From Azolla caroliniana (Eukaryota > Plantae > Polypodiophyta): a DNA stretch of 64,000 nt. The notes under the pieces are model-generated. The model was not told the origin of the DNA, did not search any database, and worked only from the letters and a program-made list of their open reading frames with translations. Each line of letters opens with the position of its first letter. The first letter of the stretch is position 1. The DNA is taken from contig JBHGNT010000003.1 of NCBI GenBank assembly GCA_043228905.1, forward strand, positions 6,014,001 through 6,078,000. The letters are read 5' to 3'. The position numbers and the translations under genes are program-made. This document shows positions 37,227 to 50,399 of the stretch, piece by piece.

Positions 37227-39108
37227 CGTGGTTTTCTGTTTTTTTAACCGAGTTAATGCATATAATAGCCAAAATGAGAGATTTGGGGATAAAATCTCCC
37301 AAGAAACCATAGGAAATAGAGAATTTAAGAAGAACGTGATGGGAACTATCCGAATGCAAATGATGGTTAAACAAACTGATGCAGGAACGAGCTATGTATA
37401 TGGTCCCATGTATATCGCCTCAACCTTCTACCCCACATAGACTGTTAGTGGGTAATATGGATTTATGTATAGGTGATGCTAGCTTACAACAAATCTTTAG
37501 CATGTATGGGACTGTATTGGAAGCAAGAGTGTTGAAAGAAAATGACCAGTCATGTGGTTTTGTTGTCGTCAGGATGTCAATTTGTATTTTGTTACATGAC
37601 TAGTCTTCTTGTAATATTGGTTACATTGTCTTCTTGTAAGGGTTCTTTGTATCTGATGATCGATTATAGAAGAAAGACATTCATCACGAATATGGTTCTT
37701 GTTGGAGTCTGGCTCTGCTTACACAGATTTGTATAGATCAACCATCACGTCTTTTGTTACTTCAGTGTCTATGCTTCACTTGGAGTAAATCTTGGCATTG
37801 GCTATGTGCCAGAATGGTCGATGCTCAACATGAATCAAAACTCTTGGAACTCTCTGCATAAAATTCATCATTCTCAAACATCCCTTTCTGTGGTGGAAAA
37901 GTTCATCTTATTTTCTGTTTGGTTGAAAAAATAATTTATTGATCATATATCCCTTGTTAAATTGTCGTTGGCATACAAAGCATCTATATGGAATTATTCA
38001 AAAAAATGCCAAGTGATGATGGCAAACCATTTATACAGCTTTTGCATCTATGCAAGACTATATTTCTTTACTGACGCTGACTAGACTTAATTAATCTCGC
38101 CAGTGTTGAGAACCTCTTCCTTGTCAAAAGCCGATTCCCGACATTCCCGACAGTTTATGCGTCATATGGTGAAGAAGGGGGGGTGTAAAACGTGGAGGTT
38201 GGGAATGGGGGAGCAGAGACATGATGTTGGATTTGGGAGATGATGCCATGTCAATAATGTAAGTGACAATGACTCATAAATAAATATGCTCATAGAAATA
38301 AGGTCAATATGTATATGTGTTCACATGTATGTAAGAAGAACAAGGAAGCTTTCTCTTGTTTTTGTTTTTTGTTTTCCAAACAGGTGGGACAATTTTTCTT
38401 GTATAGATAATATGGTAATGCAAGAGCCCCAGCATATTTGGAGATTTGGATCCCATCGATGATGTTGAGAGGGCTTTTTCGCTTGATGAAATAAATAAAC
38501 AAGCAAAGCTAGGGATTCGTAAAAAGGGGGCGTAAACGAGGTGGAATCTGAGATATGTTCGAAGGAGGGAGGGAGAAAGAAAGGATCGACGCGTATATGA
38601 GATTAGATGAGATGTGGGGGCGACAAACGCATGGGGCATCCCGAAGGAGCATGTAATTGTTAGCAAAATATAGCTTTTTTGAAACAAGCAAAGAGTGATT
38701 TAATAATTCCTCAAAACGGGGGTAAGAAAGAAAGAAAGAAAGATATATTAACGTCTTCTAAGGCCAAAATTGGCCCATGAGACAAATGGTGTACAACAAA
38801 AATGGGATATTTACCCATTCATCGAAAGTAAAAATAAAAATAAGATAAAATAGAGTTTAAGCTAAATAGTTCTAGGAAAACAACAAACATGTTCTATATA
38901 AAAAACATGTTCTACAATGAGAATGATTCTATACTAGGCCTAATTTCATTTCCATCCAAGTCTCTCGAAGAGAAGCGGGGGGTCAAAGGGTTGCCATGAT
39001 GTGGATGTGGCCCGTGGTCCCCATGTAAGAGGTACCCCAACCATAGCTTCGAGTCGACGTAGCTCACGTTCCCTTATCTTCTTAATCTTTTCTACTCCAC
39101 GTTGACTT
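36780..39108. mobile_element. Long-TIR (Mutator-like/foldback) non-autonomous element, Pack-MULE candidate
   Basis: Diverged inverted repeats of ~370-400 bp at 36780-37190 and 38740-39108 (e.g. gggaccacgggtcac / gtggcccgtggtccc; tgtctcatgggccaa / ttggcccatgagaca). No TSD found. Confidence 0.7.
37430..37570 (+). pseudogene. Captured RRM-domain gene fragment
   Basis: RLLVGNM...DASLQQIFSMYGTVLEARVLKENDQSCGFV has RNP2-like and RNP1-like motifs. Confidence 0.65.
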
Positions 39109-39139
39109 GTGTATATTGTATATTGTATATTGTGTATCG

Positions 39140-39176
<37 letters not shown>

Positions 39177-39320
39177 TGTGTATCGTGTACATATATGTAT
39201 ATGTATATTGTAAATGTGTATTGTATATTGTGTATAATGTATATTTGTAATGTATGTATATGCCATATGCATATACATATACATATATTTGTGTGTGTGA
39301 GTGTGTGTGTGAGTGTATCT
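39109..39320. repeat. Compound (TATG/TATATG/TG) microsatellite
   Basis: Low-complexity tgtata/atatgt/gtgt arrays. Confidence 0.9.
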
Positions 39321-39478
39321 AATGAGCATGATAATATGATGTTTTTTAAATATATATATCCTTAAAAAAATAATTTGTACTTTTTTTTACTTCTTCTTGG
39401 GGATTGAACGTAGCATCTTTCTCTTTCTCTTTCTTTTTTGTCAATTAGATTGGAAATTTAAGCTTATATTTAAATTTC

Positions 39479-42177
39479 AAGAATCTATCTCGAACACATT
39501 GACTTGAACATAGTGCTACATGCCCGTGAATATTGAAAGATATATTTGACCAAATTGACCACAAAACAAATCTCCATAGTCAGGAATCAAGATGGTTCAC
39601 AATGAGCAAGAATGAAAAACATTATTTATGTCGTTTTTCAATCTCGTTGAAATTTGGGTTTACAGTAAGTACTCTTGAATACTATAAAAATGATTTCGGC
39701 TTGAGTGTTTATAGTATTCATGAATTCTATCAGCTCAAATTGTGATTCCTTTTTCTGATTGATGTTCTCATTTGTGTTCATGATTTCTATGGAAAACAGG
39801 GTGCTTATGTGTGTCTTATTGGAAACAGGGTTTGGCTTATTTACGCACCTTTCACAAAAAAGATCATGGGTTAAGGGTTTTGATTGTGAAAGAACACGCA
39901 TCAGGGATGTTCATAGTCTTATAAAAAATAAGATTTTGACTCTTGTAGTACACGTGGTTTAGGCATTCTTGAGCTTAAGTAAAGCAAAGTTTAGCGATTC
40001 TTGAATCCCACAATAATGCTAAAACCAGAATGCTATCAACAGTAAACAATTCCCTAGTTTCATGAATCAAATTATCAGTGAATCAAATAGAGAATTTTCT
40101 ATCGACTGTAAACAATTCCCTAGTCTCATGAATCAAATTATTAGTGAATCAAATAGAGATTTTAGCTATTCTAATTGTGAAGAGTATTAGTACTAGACAA
40201 TGCTAAAAGGATACACAGCAAGTTAATTGTGACAAACGCATATTATCCTCTAGAATTAAGAGCACCTCCCGTCACTTTAGAGAGCTTATCTCTACCCTCA
40301 TCGATCCCACCTCCTAAGGATGAATGAAGCAACACAGAAAATGCATTCTGAGACAACTTTATCCAAAACTCCTCAGAAACGTGCTCATGTGGAAAAGAAT
40401 TCTATGTTGCATTGTAAAAGGTTTAGTTACTCTTCATGTTGTTCACTTGGTGCATTGAAATGTAGTGCTTTCAGTTCTGGGACAAAGATCCCTGTTTCAC
40501 TTGTCACTTATTATACGAGATCCCCAGAGATAGGAAGTATTTATGACGTTTTCACTGAATGTAGCAGCAATCCTGATTTTGGATGATTGATAGCCTTATC
40601 AGGAGAGGGTATGATCAACTAGTGCCATCCAAAATATAGTGGTGATATGAGATTTATGTCACTTTTCTGAAAGTACTGTTAAACATTACTGACTGGATTA
40701 AACATTACTGATTGCTATGTACATGTTAAACATTACTGATTGGATTAAAGACTACTAGACTTTAAATTTTAGGATATGTTAGTGAGAGTTCCAACGACTT
40801 AGCTATAATTAAAATTGAGAAGTGAAATGATTTTGCAGTAGTGCAATGAAGTTAACTTTTGGTGCAATTATCAACTGTCTACTGTATAAAGCTTATGAGC
40901 TTTGTCAAATTACATTGATTTCATTGGACTCCTTTCAAAATCATAAAATGAAATAATGACTAAAGTACGGATGTTTGGCAGCAATATAATAAAAAAGCCA
41001 GTGTCTTAAGTTTTTGTTAGGTATCAAAGCCCTAGGGCTAAAATTCCAGGTAGATTTATGCACACTAGATTGCTGGAAAACTTTTCTTACGAGGTCACCT
41101 GAGATGCATTTATTTGGTTATGGGCAGATTCAAATGCAGTGATTTTTGTATTACTAGTGTCATCGTAATCTTGATATTATTGGTATCAACATTGTTAGCC
41201 ATCACTATGCCTTTTGATCTGAATGAAGTGTAACACTGATTACTAACACCTTAATAATGAAATTGATGAAGATTGTGTTTGCAATCAAGTTTTAACAAAA
41301 ACGTGGTAGATTAACTAACTTTGAAATGCTTTGGCTATGATTTATCTGCAAAATCTTCTTTTTTATATATAATTGACCAAACAATCTTCTTAGGTTGTTT
41401 CAGCAGTATTAGTTTTCCTACTCATGAAATTTTCAATGGCAACGAAACTTTGGTTGTATTTCATCAGAATGGGTTCTAAGTTATCTTTATCTTTAGGAAA
41501 AGAATACAAAATTACTTTGCTGCGGGCAAGTTTTGAAGAAGGTTGTAAAAGAAATGAATGAGTTGATAAATATGACAATTGATTGTCCTTACATAAAACT
41601 CTGTTTCTAAATCACAAAGGGGTTTTTCTCACACACCCTATATCTAGCAAAGGGGGAAAATAAAGTAAAAAGTAAAACAAGAGCACAGGCCATTTTGGCC
41701 TTTTCACACTATGTACATGTCTCTATGTAAATATAACAGTGAATGAAGATGATGGATGGCCTTTAAATGCTATGTCGGTAATGAATTATTGTCTTGTTTC
41801 TTTGATGTGTTTGGAATTGTGAATGAAGATGATAGATGGCCTTGTGCGGACCGATTGATGGAAATGTAGGAAAGCTTGAGATTGGTGGGCACTTGTTCTC
41901 TCATGTAGTTGGCCTTTGTCCCAAACAAGAATGTCTAGAAGATGGGCATGTCAGGTAAGGTATTGCGGAGGTATTCTTTGTGCTGAAACCCTTACACATT
42001 TTACCATTGTATTTGATTATGCCAACCGGTGAATGTCTCTCATTGGTCAGAGACCTAAGAAGAACACTCTTTCAAAGTCTTCATACGTCTGCATAAAATA
42101 GATGGATATAGTACACGAATAGTCATCAACAAACAACCAAAAACAGTTATCTCTATTTTATCTTGACAAGCTGAGTC
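39479..42177. repeat. Inverted duplicate of 58398-59661, with an extra 1.4 kb (40623-42015)
   Basis: 39479-40622 is the reverse complement of 58558-59661, and 42015-42177 of 58398-58558. Twin ORFs MNEATQKMHSETT... and MRVLSQSKP... occur in both copies. Confidence 0.92.
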
Positions 42178-42439
42178 TTAAAATGGACACCAAAAGCCAG
42201 TCGGTAACCACCAAAAACCGACAACCGATACGCCGTTGACCATTTCAAGCCTATTTGACCCTAATCGGACGGGCAATGAAGTGTGATTTAATCCTTTAAG
42301 ATCCAATGAAATGTGACCAAATCCCTTAAGATCGAAAGGGCTACACCACCATCGTAGTAATACAACATGCAACTGCAGTTGAAGTTGCCTATGAAGGACC
42401 TCACTCCGGCACGACACATTCTTGGTATGAAAATTAGTC

Positions 42440-44502
42440 GGAATCAAAATTGAAGACAATTGTTTCTAGCGCAATCCGACTACATCGGCGGTGTCCTAGA
42501 ACGCGTCAACATGCAATCAGTGAAATCTGCCTTAGCCCCGCCCCCCATTAGCACTCGGTTGTCTCAACAAGATAGCTTGACATCCAGTATAGAGGGGGAA
42601 ATTATGACGTCGGTATCGTATGCACCGGCAGTCGACTCGTTGATGTATGCGATGGTCGCAATACGGCTTGACATCGCTCACGCCATTGGACTTGTCAGCT
42701 AATTTATGCACAATCCTAGCCGATCGCATTGGAACACAGACAAGCATGTGTTTAGATATCTAGTGGGCACAAAAGACCTTGGTATTCTATTTGGTTCGAA
42801 CGATACCTCAAGTGTAATCGGATACACCGACTTGGACTTTGCAGATTGTGTAGATAGCCGAAAATCGACAACTGGATATTTCTTTAAACTTGGCAATGGA
42901 GTGATCTCGTGAAAATCGAAACTTCAAGACTGCACCGCCACATCGACAACGTAGTCGCGTTTGATGTGTTGAAAAAGACCTTATGGCTGGCCTGCACGTT
43001 TCGAAAAGCCGAAATCAGCTGGCTACAATTGTTTACACTGACAGTCAGGGTGTTGTTGCTCTATCAAAAAATCTGGTCCATCACAACGCATCCAAGCATT
43101 TCGATGTTTGATATCATTTCATTCGGAACTATGTCATTTCAAGGAAAATCGGTCTGGAAAAGATATCTACAACCAATTATGTTGTGGATGCATTGACTAA
43201 GTGTCTTTTGGCTGACTGATTTCGATCCCTTCAGCATCGAATAGGCGTAATGAATAATCAATTTGATTAAATTGGACACTTAGGATGTTTCTCGGATAAT
43301 AGACTTGGACAATTCATGGTTCGGTTTTAGCCTCTCCGACCTCAACCAATCCGGCCCTCTGCTCTTCGGAGTTCAACGACTCAAAGGAACTTTTTAATTT
43401 GTTCAAAAACTTTATATCAATCTATATATTATATTCTTTTCGATTTACAAATTTTGGATGTATACGCCCATTACGGGGGAGTGTTGAATAAGGGTTTCTA
43501 ATGGACGTATTCACACCGTCTCCCTTTGTACACACTAGGCTTAGACCATAGATTGACATATTCACATTCGTCAGGTTTCCCATTCGAATGCAAACGAATA
43601 CGAATGGGTGGTCAAGTATTCGTTTAACCCAAAAAAAAGAAAAAAAAGAAAAATGTGAACTCTTTCTTTTTTAATTTCCTAGGATCAAAAAAAGGAACTT
43701 GACAATAAATAAGGATAATAAAAGAGGGACTTGACACTACTAAATTTATATAATAAATGCATAACTTATAAGTAAGTATTCGTTTTATTTTTAATAAATA
43801 AATAAAATAAAATAAAGGCTCATTAATTTCTCACTTCTAGCTGCCTCAAAATTTATGGATATTTTTATCTTAACATCAAAATAGTACTTCAAACTAATCA
43901 TATCTTCAAAGTTCATACTAATTATATTTGTATAATAAATATAAAAATATTGGTTTTTCAAAAATTAATTAATTAATTGATTAATTAAAATAAGTTTCAT
44001 AAACTCTCTTGACACTATAATCTATTAATGAATAATTGTTCCTTTTTTGGTGAAATAAATTTATTTAAATAAAAAAATCAAGTTTATATATTTATTTTCT
44101 AAAACGAATAGTTTTCTAATATTCTTGGGGCCATTTCGTATTCTCGATTGAGAATATTGGGCATAGAGAATATCACGAATATCACGCATGTGTCAATCTA
44201 TGGCTTAGACTATTTATGTAAATAGTAAGAAGGGTAGTTGCCCTAAGTTAGTCAGTATATAAACTAACTTTGTAACCTAGTTAGGTGGTGGTTATGTGGT
44301 TGCTAAAGTTGCAATATACTCTCTCTCTCTCTTGCGTGCTAGTTGTATTATCCAATGACGAGTATGTGGTATTGTCCATTTTAAAAGCTCACTTGAGATG
44401 TATGATGCATCCGCTGCTTTCTCACTCGCCATCTTCTTTATTCCCTTATTGACATTATCAATATCAATACATGGAGTTCATGTTGTTTCAATTTTCTCGA
44501 CA
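42440..44502 (+). mobile_element. Old Ty1/copia 3' relic (RT/RNaseH, PPT, LTR)
   Basis: SLMYAMVAIRLDIAHAIGLVS and GYTDLDFADCVDSRKSTTGY; PPT GGGGGAG at ~43475; LTR TGTTGA (43482) to ...TCGACA (~44502). Confidence 0.8.
43547..44202. mobile_element. Non-autonomous hAT-type MITE (656 bp) nested in the copia LTR
   Basis: Perfect 12-bp TIRs CATAGATTGACA/TGTCAATCTATG and 8-bp TSD GCTTAGAC (43539-43546, 44203-44210). Confidence 0.92.
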
Positions 44503-45444
44503 ATAGGAGCCACACCTTCATGCATATATAACCTTTGTACATAGTCTAACATCTCAAAGAACAAGTTTTATCCTGAAGCTTCTAGTTCTTTGGTTGTCAC
44601 ACACACCGAGCCCAAGAACTTGATGTGTTTCTTCATATTGATGCCCAAGGATCTTTGTGCTCCATTTTTATTCTTAGAACTCAAAAAACAGTAAGCATTT
44701 TAATTAGACCAGTAATAAGTGATCATCATCTTGCATTTTAATTAGACCAATAACTTATTAGCATAAACTAAACAAGAGTGTGTCTCAATAGCGACTAAAT
44801 AAAATTCTATAGAGTAAAGAAGATTATATATCTGTTCTTTCACAATTTTGGTAGAGCACAAGGTGTCCTTTAATAAAGAAATAAACATATAATGTTCAAT
44901 TCGCACTCATTCGCCTGGAATCATCAAACAAGCTTTTTTGCAACTTGATTATTTTCTTCTTATTCCTCTGTGCTAAAATCGTTGGATATGTGGTTGGAAA
45001 TTAAGGTTGTAACACCTTGGGATGGTATAGATTGTACAATCTAATTCACAATTACTTTGTGACCTAGTCTTGAGATTATTGAGCGAAATTTAAATTTAAT
45101 GTCGAGGAATGTTCTTGGAAATATGAACCATATATAAATTTGAGTTTCTACTAGTTTTATGGGAGGAAGTACTCTCACGGAGATATAGAAACCAGCCATC
45201 TTAAGCTCCATACAACTTTTATCACATACATACTTAAAATATTGTGCTTAAAATAAAACACTTTATTCACAACACAAAAATAATTAAATTGATTTTTCAA
45301 CTGGACAAGTATTTTAGCTCTAAAAGCCCAAGTTGGATTATTTGATGAATATAAGAAAGATGCAATAAAACTTCAAAAGTAAGCTCATAAACCAATGGGA
45401 GAATGTTTCTATCCAAATCTTCCTTGGTAGGATATTACTTTACT

Positions 45445-48049
45445 TTAGTTCAGTAAGGCAAGTGTTAGTTCATCATAGTGTTTCTTGCATAACCATGCAA
45501 CTTTATTATCCTCACTTATTTTGTTGGCATGCCAAAGACAAAACTTCTCAGCTATGTTTTGCTCTGTCACACCTCCATGACCATCGTTTAATATGAATTC
45601 TAAGCATGTTTGCCATTCTTGGAAATACTCTGATGTACTTGGACATACTGAACAGTTTTCAATGAGTTAGTTCTATCAAATTTGGACTTAGATCTATCAA
45701 ATTTGGACTTAATAATACTTGATATCATAGGGTGCTCTTTCACTAGTTTGAGATGAGGAGTCCAATCGGGCATGAAAGAGCTTGCTCCTGAAGCCATAGA
45801 GTTAACACCCAGTTTAAGAGTTGTAGTCAAAACTCTGACCAAGAGGTGAGAGTGATTCCTGGTTGGTTCTCCACGGGATGTGGTAATGTTGCATGCTCAC
45901 AATACAAATGGATTTGCATTGATAATGCTCCAAGCATTGAAGTGACCAAACTTGCTACGTTGTTTTCAAGACTTTTGGCGGTAATGATGGCGATACATGG
46001 AAGTTTCTTCTCTTCCTTGTTCTCCCTAACCATCTTCAATAGGTTACGTATAGTTTTCTCAACCTTGGTTATGACATCTTTCCTCATACATTGAAGTTCA
46101 TGATGTATTGCATCCATCTTCTCTAAGACCTCTTTATGCTTGTCACCTATCTCACCAATAACAATTGAGATTGCCTTTGCTATAACCTTGATATTTCTCA
46201 CTTCAACATGAGTTGCCTCCTCTAGTGTTTGATGATTTAGATGTTGCAACAAGCTATTTTACAATCTTGTGGTAGTCATATTTTGTTGGCTTTGGTGTTC
46301 CCTAGCTAAGTCAAATTCATCATTGTTAGAGTACATCAATGGATTTTCCGCCTCTTGCTTGAGCCATGATTTACATGATGTGAGAACTTTGTCATAATTC
46401 TCGGAACCAAGGAGATCAATGAAATCATTTTTGAGATGACCATCCATTTTTTTTAAAGTTTGTTTCCAATTATATGATTTCCATTCTAGATCTCCTTGTT
46501 CAAGTTTTTTTCTAAGTTGTTTCTTCAAATAAGTTATTTCCACACATTGATCTTCTGTATCATGTGCCCTTGATAGATAGCGTAAGTAGTCAGGCCGGAT
46601 GACGCTCTCGAGTAGTGTAACCCCTTGGATACCAGTGGGTTGTGCACATATCGTAATCAAGGTGTAGATGACATGCATTTCCACATAAGCTAAGGTCGTT
46701 GGTGTATGACACATTTGTTGAGTGTTGGTTGGAGGCTCAGCCCGAACCAACACATCTATCACATGCTCTGATTTTGCTTTGCAAAATACAGTGATGATCT
46801 CCTTATCAAGAAAACAAATGTGTATGAAATCCTTGCCCAACTTGATGTCAACATTATCTTCCTGGACTGATTGGAAGGCATTGTTAAATAAAACTTGAAT
46901 CCTTGGAAACAATCCTAGTGTAGGAAATGTGAGGTTTTGGTCTTCACACTGTAGCCTTCTACCCATGTGCAAAAAGGTACCATTGTCATCATCTACCATA
47001 AGTGTTGATGCTCTCCATTGGAGTTGCTCCAAACCTGACCCATCCGTCAATAAGGTTGAGATAAAGATAAGATCCCTTTTGCTACTAGGGACAAAAAGGT
47101 CAATGGCGACTTTGCAGCATAGGTGCATTGCTTCCATCAAGTCTAGAAGTAAGCAGCCCTTCACTTTAGATCCACTAAGAAATTCTAAGCATTTCTCTAG
47201 AGAATTTCATGGGGAGCATCCATTGGTAAATACCATAATACTCTTGGATGCTTTAGATTTTAAGAAATTAATGAGGCTTCCCATGATTTGATTGCAGAAC
47301 CAATTGGGATTGAGAATGATGTGGCTAAAGCAATTTATGTATATGATGTTACCGGACTCGTTCAAGCATAGGGCGATAGCCTTCAATTTAGCATCGTCAT
47401 TAGGAAAATGGAATGGATAGCATATTTCGCCAAATTTCTCCCACGTGATGACTCCCTCATTTGTTTTCTTCGAATGCTTCGACAACCGTTTGTGTATCTG
47501 TGTCCACATGTTGTACACCTGAATACCTTGGAGCATGTCTTTGGCGATGACGAAGATGTGCTCTGCTATAGGTTTGACGGAATCCTTGTTTCTGGCATCC
47601 ACGTCGAAAGGAGGATTGAAAATGTCAATCACCCCTTTGAAATCTGATCGAAGTGAATCAATGAAAGGGGAGAGAGCGCTGGAGGCAGACACCATTTGGT
47701 CTGCTCGTGTGAATACCACCATCACTCTGAGGGCAATGTTGGATTGTCTACATTTGGAAGCAAGGAATCTGAGCCAATACCTGATGCTTGCTTCGAAGTT
47801 CTTCTCATTTTTCACCGCTCCTTTCTTGCGACTTTTACTGTCAATCGGGCTCCAAACGAACATGAACATAGATGGGAGCTGATAAGAGCTGCTTCCAATG
47901 TCCGGGAACATGCAATCGTGGAATGCGTGGAACTCTGATTGGCCTGCCATGTCCCACAATGACACTTTAATTCCATCGTTTTTGAGGGCTCCGACCTCGA
48001 TTCCTTGTGTTCGACCTTGTGTGGCAAAGAGTGGCCTCGTAAACTTATC
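45445..48049 (-). pseudogene. TORNADO1-like Roc-COR pseudogene (copy B) lacking the LRR exon and P-loop
   Basis: DKFTRPLF...WDMAGQSEFH...VAWLCKKHY; in-frame stops at 47207 and 46259, and a frameshift/deletion near 45840. Confidence 0.92.
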
Positions 48050-48076
48050 TAATATGTGCTTTTTTCTAATATGTTC

Positions 48077-49150
48077 ATATGCCTCTCGTAAAGCTTCTTC
48101 GAAGGACCCCCATGTTGGATTTTGTTGCCGTATCTTGTAGATTCTTTCTTGTAACTCATCCGTGGCTACCCGACTGAAGGATATCACTTGCAATCCTTCC
48201 GGTATCCCACATCGCATCATCTCCCCTTTGTAGTCACATAGATAGTGTGACACATCATTTTCGTTGAATTCCCCATTTCGTCGCACAAGCCGCTCTACTG
48301 CCGCCTCATCTCCGTCATCGCGCGTTGTTCTTGTTGCATCCGCTCAACCATCATCATCATCATGTTCATCGCCTCTTGTTGATTCTCCATCCCCTTGCCA
48401 CCCGTCTTCACGTCGGGTTCACCAAATGTGTCGTGCCTTTCGGCTCCGGATCGTTGCGTGAGTCGGGTGGGAACCGCCGAGGTTTTGGACTAGGAGGAAG
48501 AAAAATACAAATAAGGCTAGTAATGAATAGGTATAAAGAGAAGTAAGATAGCAATCTCGTGAATCCCACGAGTTTAGTGTATTTAAAACAATATTTAGAT
48601 TATAAGAGTAATTTAGATGGCAAAATTCGTGAATCCCACGAATATTTTAGATTGATTGATCATTATAGAAAAAAAATCAACAAAAAATACAATGTGCTCC
48701 CCATCCTTATATAGTGATGGGAGAGACTAAGCATAGCTACATGCTTTTTTCTAATATGTTCATGCACACTAAATGTGCATGTGATGCTTTTCTAATCCTT
48801 GCTTTTATTTGCTAAATATAGTGCTCATGCACGCTAGATGTGCATGAGTCACTTTTTAGTTGCTTGCATTTTTCTATAAAATATTCACGCACTCTAAAAA
48901 TGCATGATTTACCTTTTAATAAAGGTAGGCGCAAATCAAGAACTTATAGTTATTAAATCTATTTGTGGAGCATTAAAGATAAGGTAGCATAATGATAAAG
49001 TTGACATTTGGCTATGTGAAGGTATAGGGTTCAAATCTTGCCTTATGCACGTGATAAATATTTTGATATATTATTTATTTATTTATATGTATCTAAAATC
49101 GGATATATTATTTTATGGTTTTCACGTAGTGTGTGGAATACACTACGACA
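48077..49150 (-). mobile_element. Truncated second-family Ty3/gypsy element: LTR (49150-48429), tRNA-Trp PBS (48424-48407), gag N-terminus
   Basis: LTR TGTCGT...ACGACA; PBS TGGTGAACCCGACGTGAA; gag RRNGEFNENDVSHYL...ISFSRVA...TWGSFEEAL is homologous to the gag at 29967. Confidence 0.88.
48985..49037 (+). promoter_or_regulatory. tRNA-like A box + B box in the second gypsy LTR (antisense to the element)
   Basis: TAGCATAATGAT...GGTTCAAATCT, with the same 53-nt span as in the first family. Confidence 0.55.
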
Positions 49151-49329
49151 CCGTCGTGTCAAGTCGTACGTGGTGCTGGCACGCTCGATAAAAGAGTTGA
49201 CCCACCACGAAACAGAGTCTCGATGAAGTCAAAATATGATATAATGAGAGTAGCTAGGTCACATATTTATAGCGATACCAAAGGTCCCCAGGAATGTTCA
49301 CACTTGGCCTAATGGGTTGTCTTAATCCT

Positions 49330-49710
49330 AAGGATTAAAAGTAATCATCCCCTTCTTTATGCTCTCGCTTAACCCTCACACTTATGCACGTGTATAAAAT
49401 ACTATGGTAAATTCTCACCACGGAATATCATATAGTCATGCTTGTAACAACAAAGACTTCGGATCCGAATATACGAATCCTATCGTAGGTCAGTTGCCTT
49501 CCCAATCATTGTGCTTGTGGCACTCAGAGCCAGATTGTTCTTGACAATGACAAATTGATCACGTAGATTGTGATCTATAGTGCTTCTGCCCAGAATTCCA
49601 ACTTTAGTGTAGCTTGTTGGAGCAATGATTTCACCATATCATGGATGGTTTGGTTCATTCGTATCGCTACATTGTTCTACATGGGGGTGTAGGGAACGAT
49701 TTTCTAATAC
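49330..49710 (-). mobile_element. Old copia integrase relic
   Basis: Minus strand reads IVPYTPM*NNVAIRMNQTI...LKLEFWAEAL*ITIYVINLS. Confidence 0.7.
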
Positions 49711-49711
49711 C

Positions 49712-50092
49712 AGATCCCCCCTTTTGAATAGGCACCAGATCCCCTAGTCTCCTCCTTTTATAGTTCAAGGAGGGAGGGCAGTTACAACCTCAGTCAAATC
49801 TTCCCTCCGTTTAGAGGAGATTTCTTGTCTTGTTTTTAAAAGTGATTGAAGAGGTACATTAAAACCCCTTTACTTTCATTGCCCCACTACCCACTACGTC
49901 GTATGCATGTGCACTCACGTACACAACAAATTTATTCCTCACAAACTCCTTTATTTCTCTAGCACCCTTACATTTCCCTTATTCTCTTTTATTTCTATTT
50001 TCAATTTCTTATGTGCATGTGCGAGTCATTGCATGTCCACGTTTTATCTACCTTATCCGATTTTCCCACTATTGTTGTAAATCTTCACGACA
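49712..50092 (+). mobile_element. Probable gypsy LTR 3' fragment
   Basis: Ends in ATCTTCACGACA, identical to the terminus of the 28747-36766 element's LTRs. The left end is undefined. Confidence 0.5.
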
Positions 50093-50399
50093 CAGTAATC
50101 TTCCTTAGCCTTTTCACACTTAGGCCGTCCTCACTAGCCAACACTCTACAAAACTTTCTTATGGATAGAATGTGCCAATCATTCACCAACACATGCTCGT
50201 TGGTGGTCATGCTCAAAGCTTCCGTCATAGGTTTATAAATACCAACCCAAGTCCCAACTAAAATCATGAGAGATATAAAAACCAACCATGTGAACCTTCA
50301 TATAAGCATAGTAACATATTTCATGTATTGTTCCTAAAATGAAGCATGATAGGCCCAACACAAAGCTAACTAAGTCGATTTGTAAACAAGACTATTATT

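Noticed and set aside
40320-40586. Twin ORFs MNEATQKMH... (also 58594-58860) as a conserved small gene
   Set aside because: The similarity extends equally through the non-coding flanks, so it reflects a recent inverted duplication.
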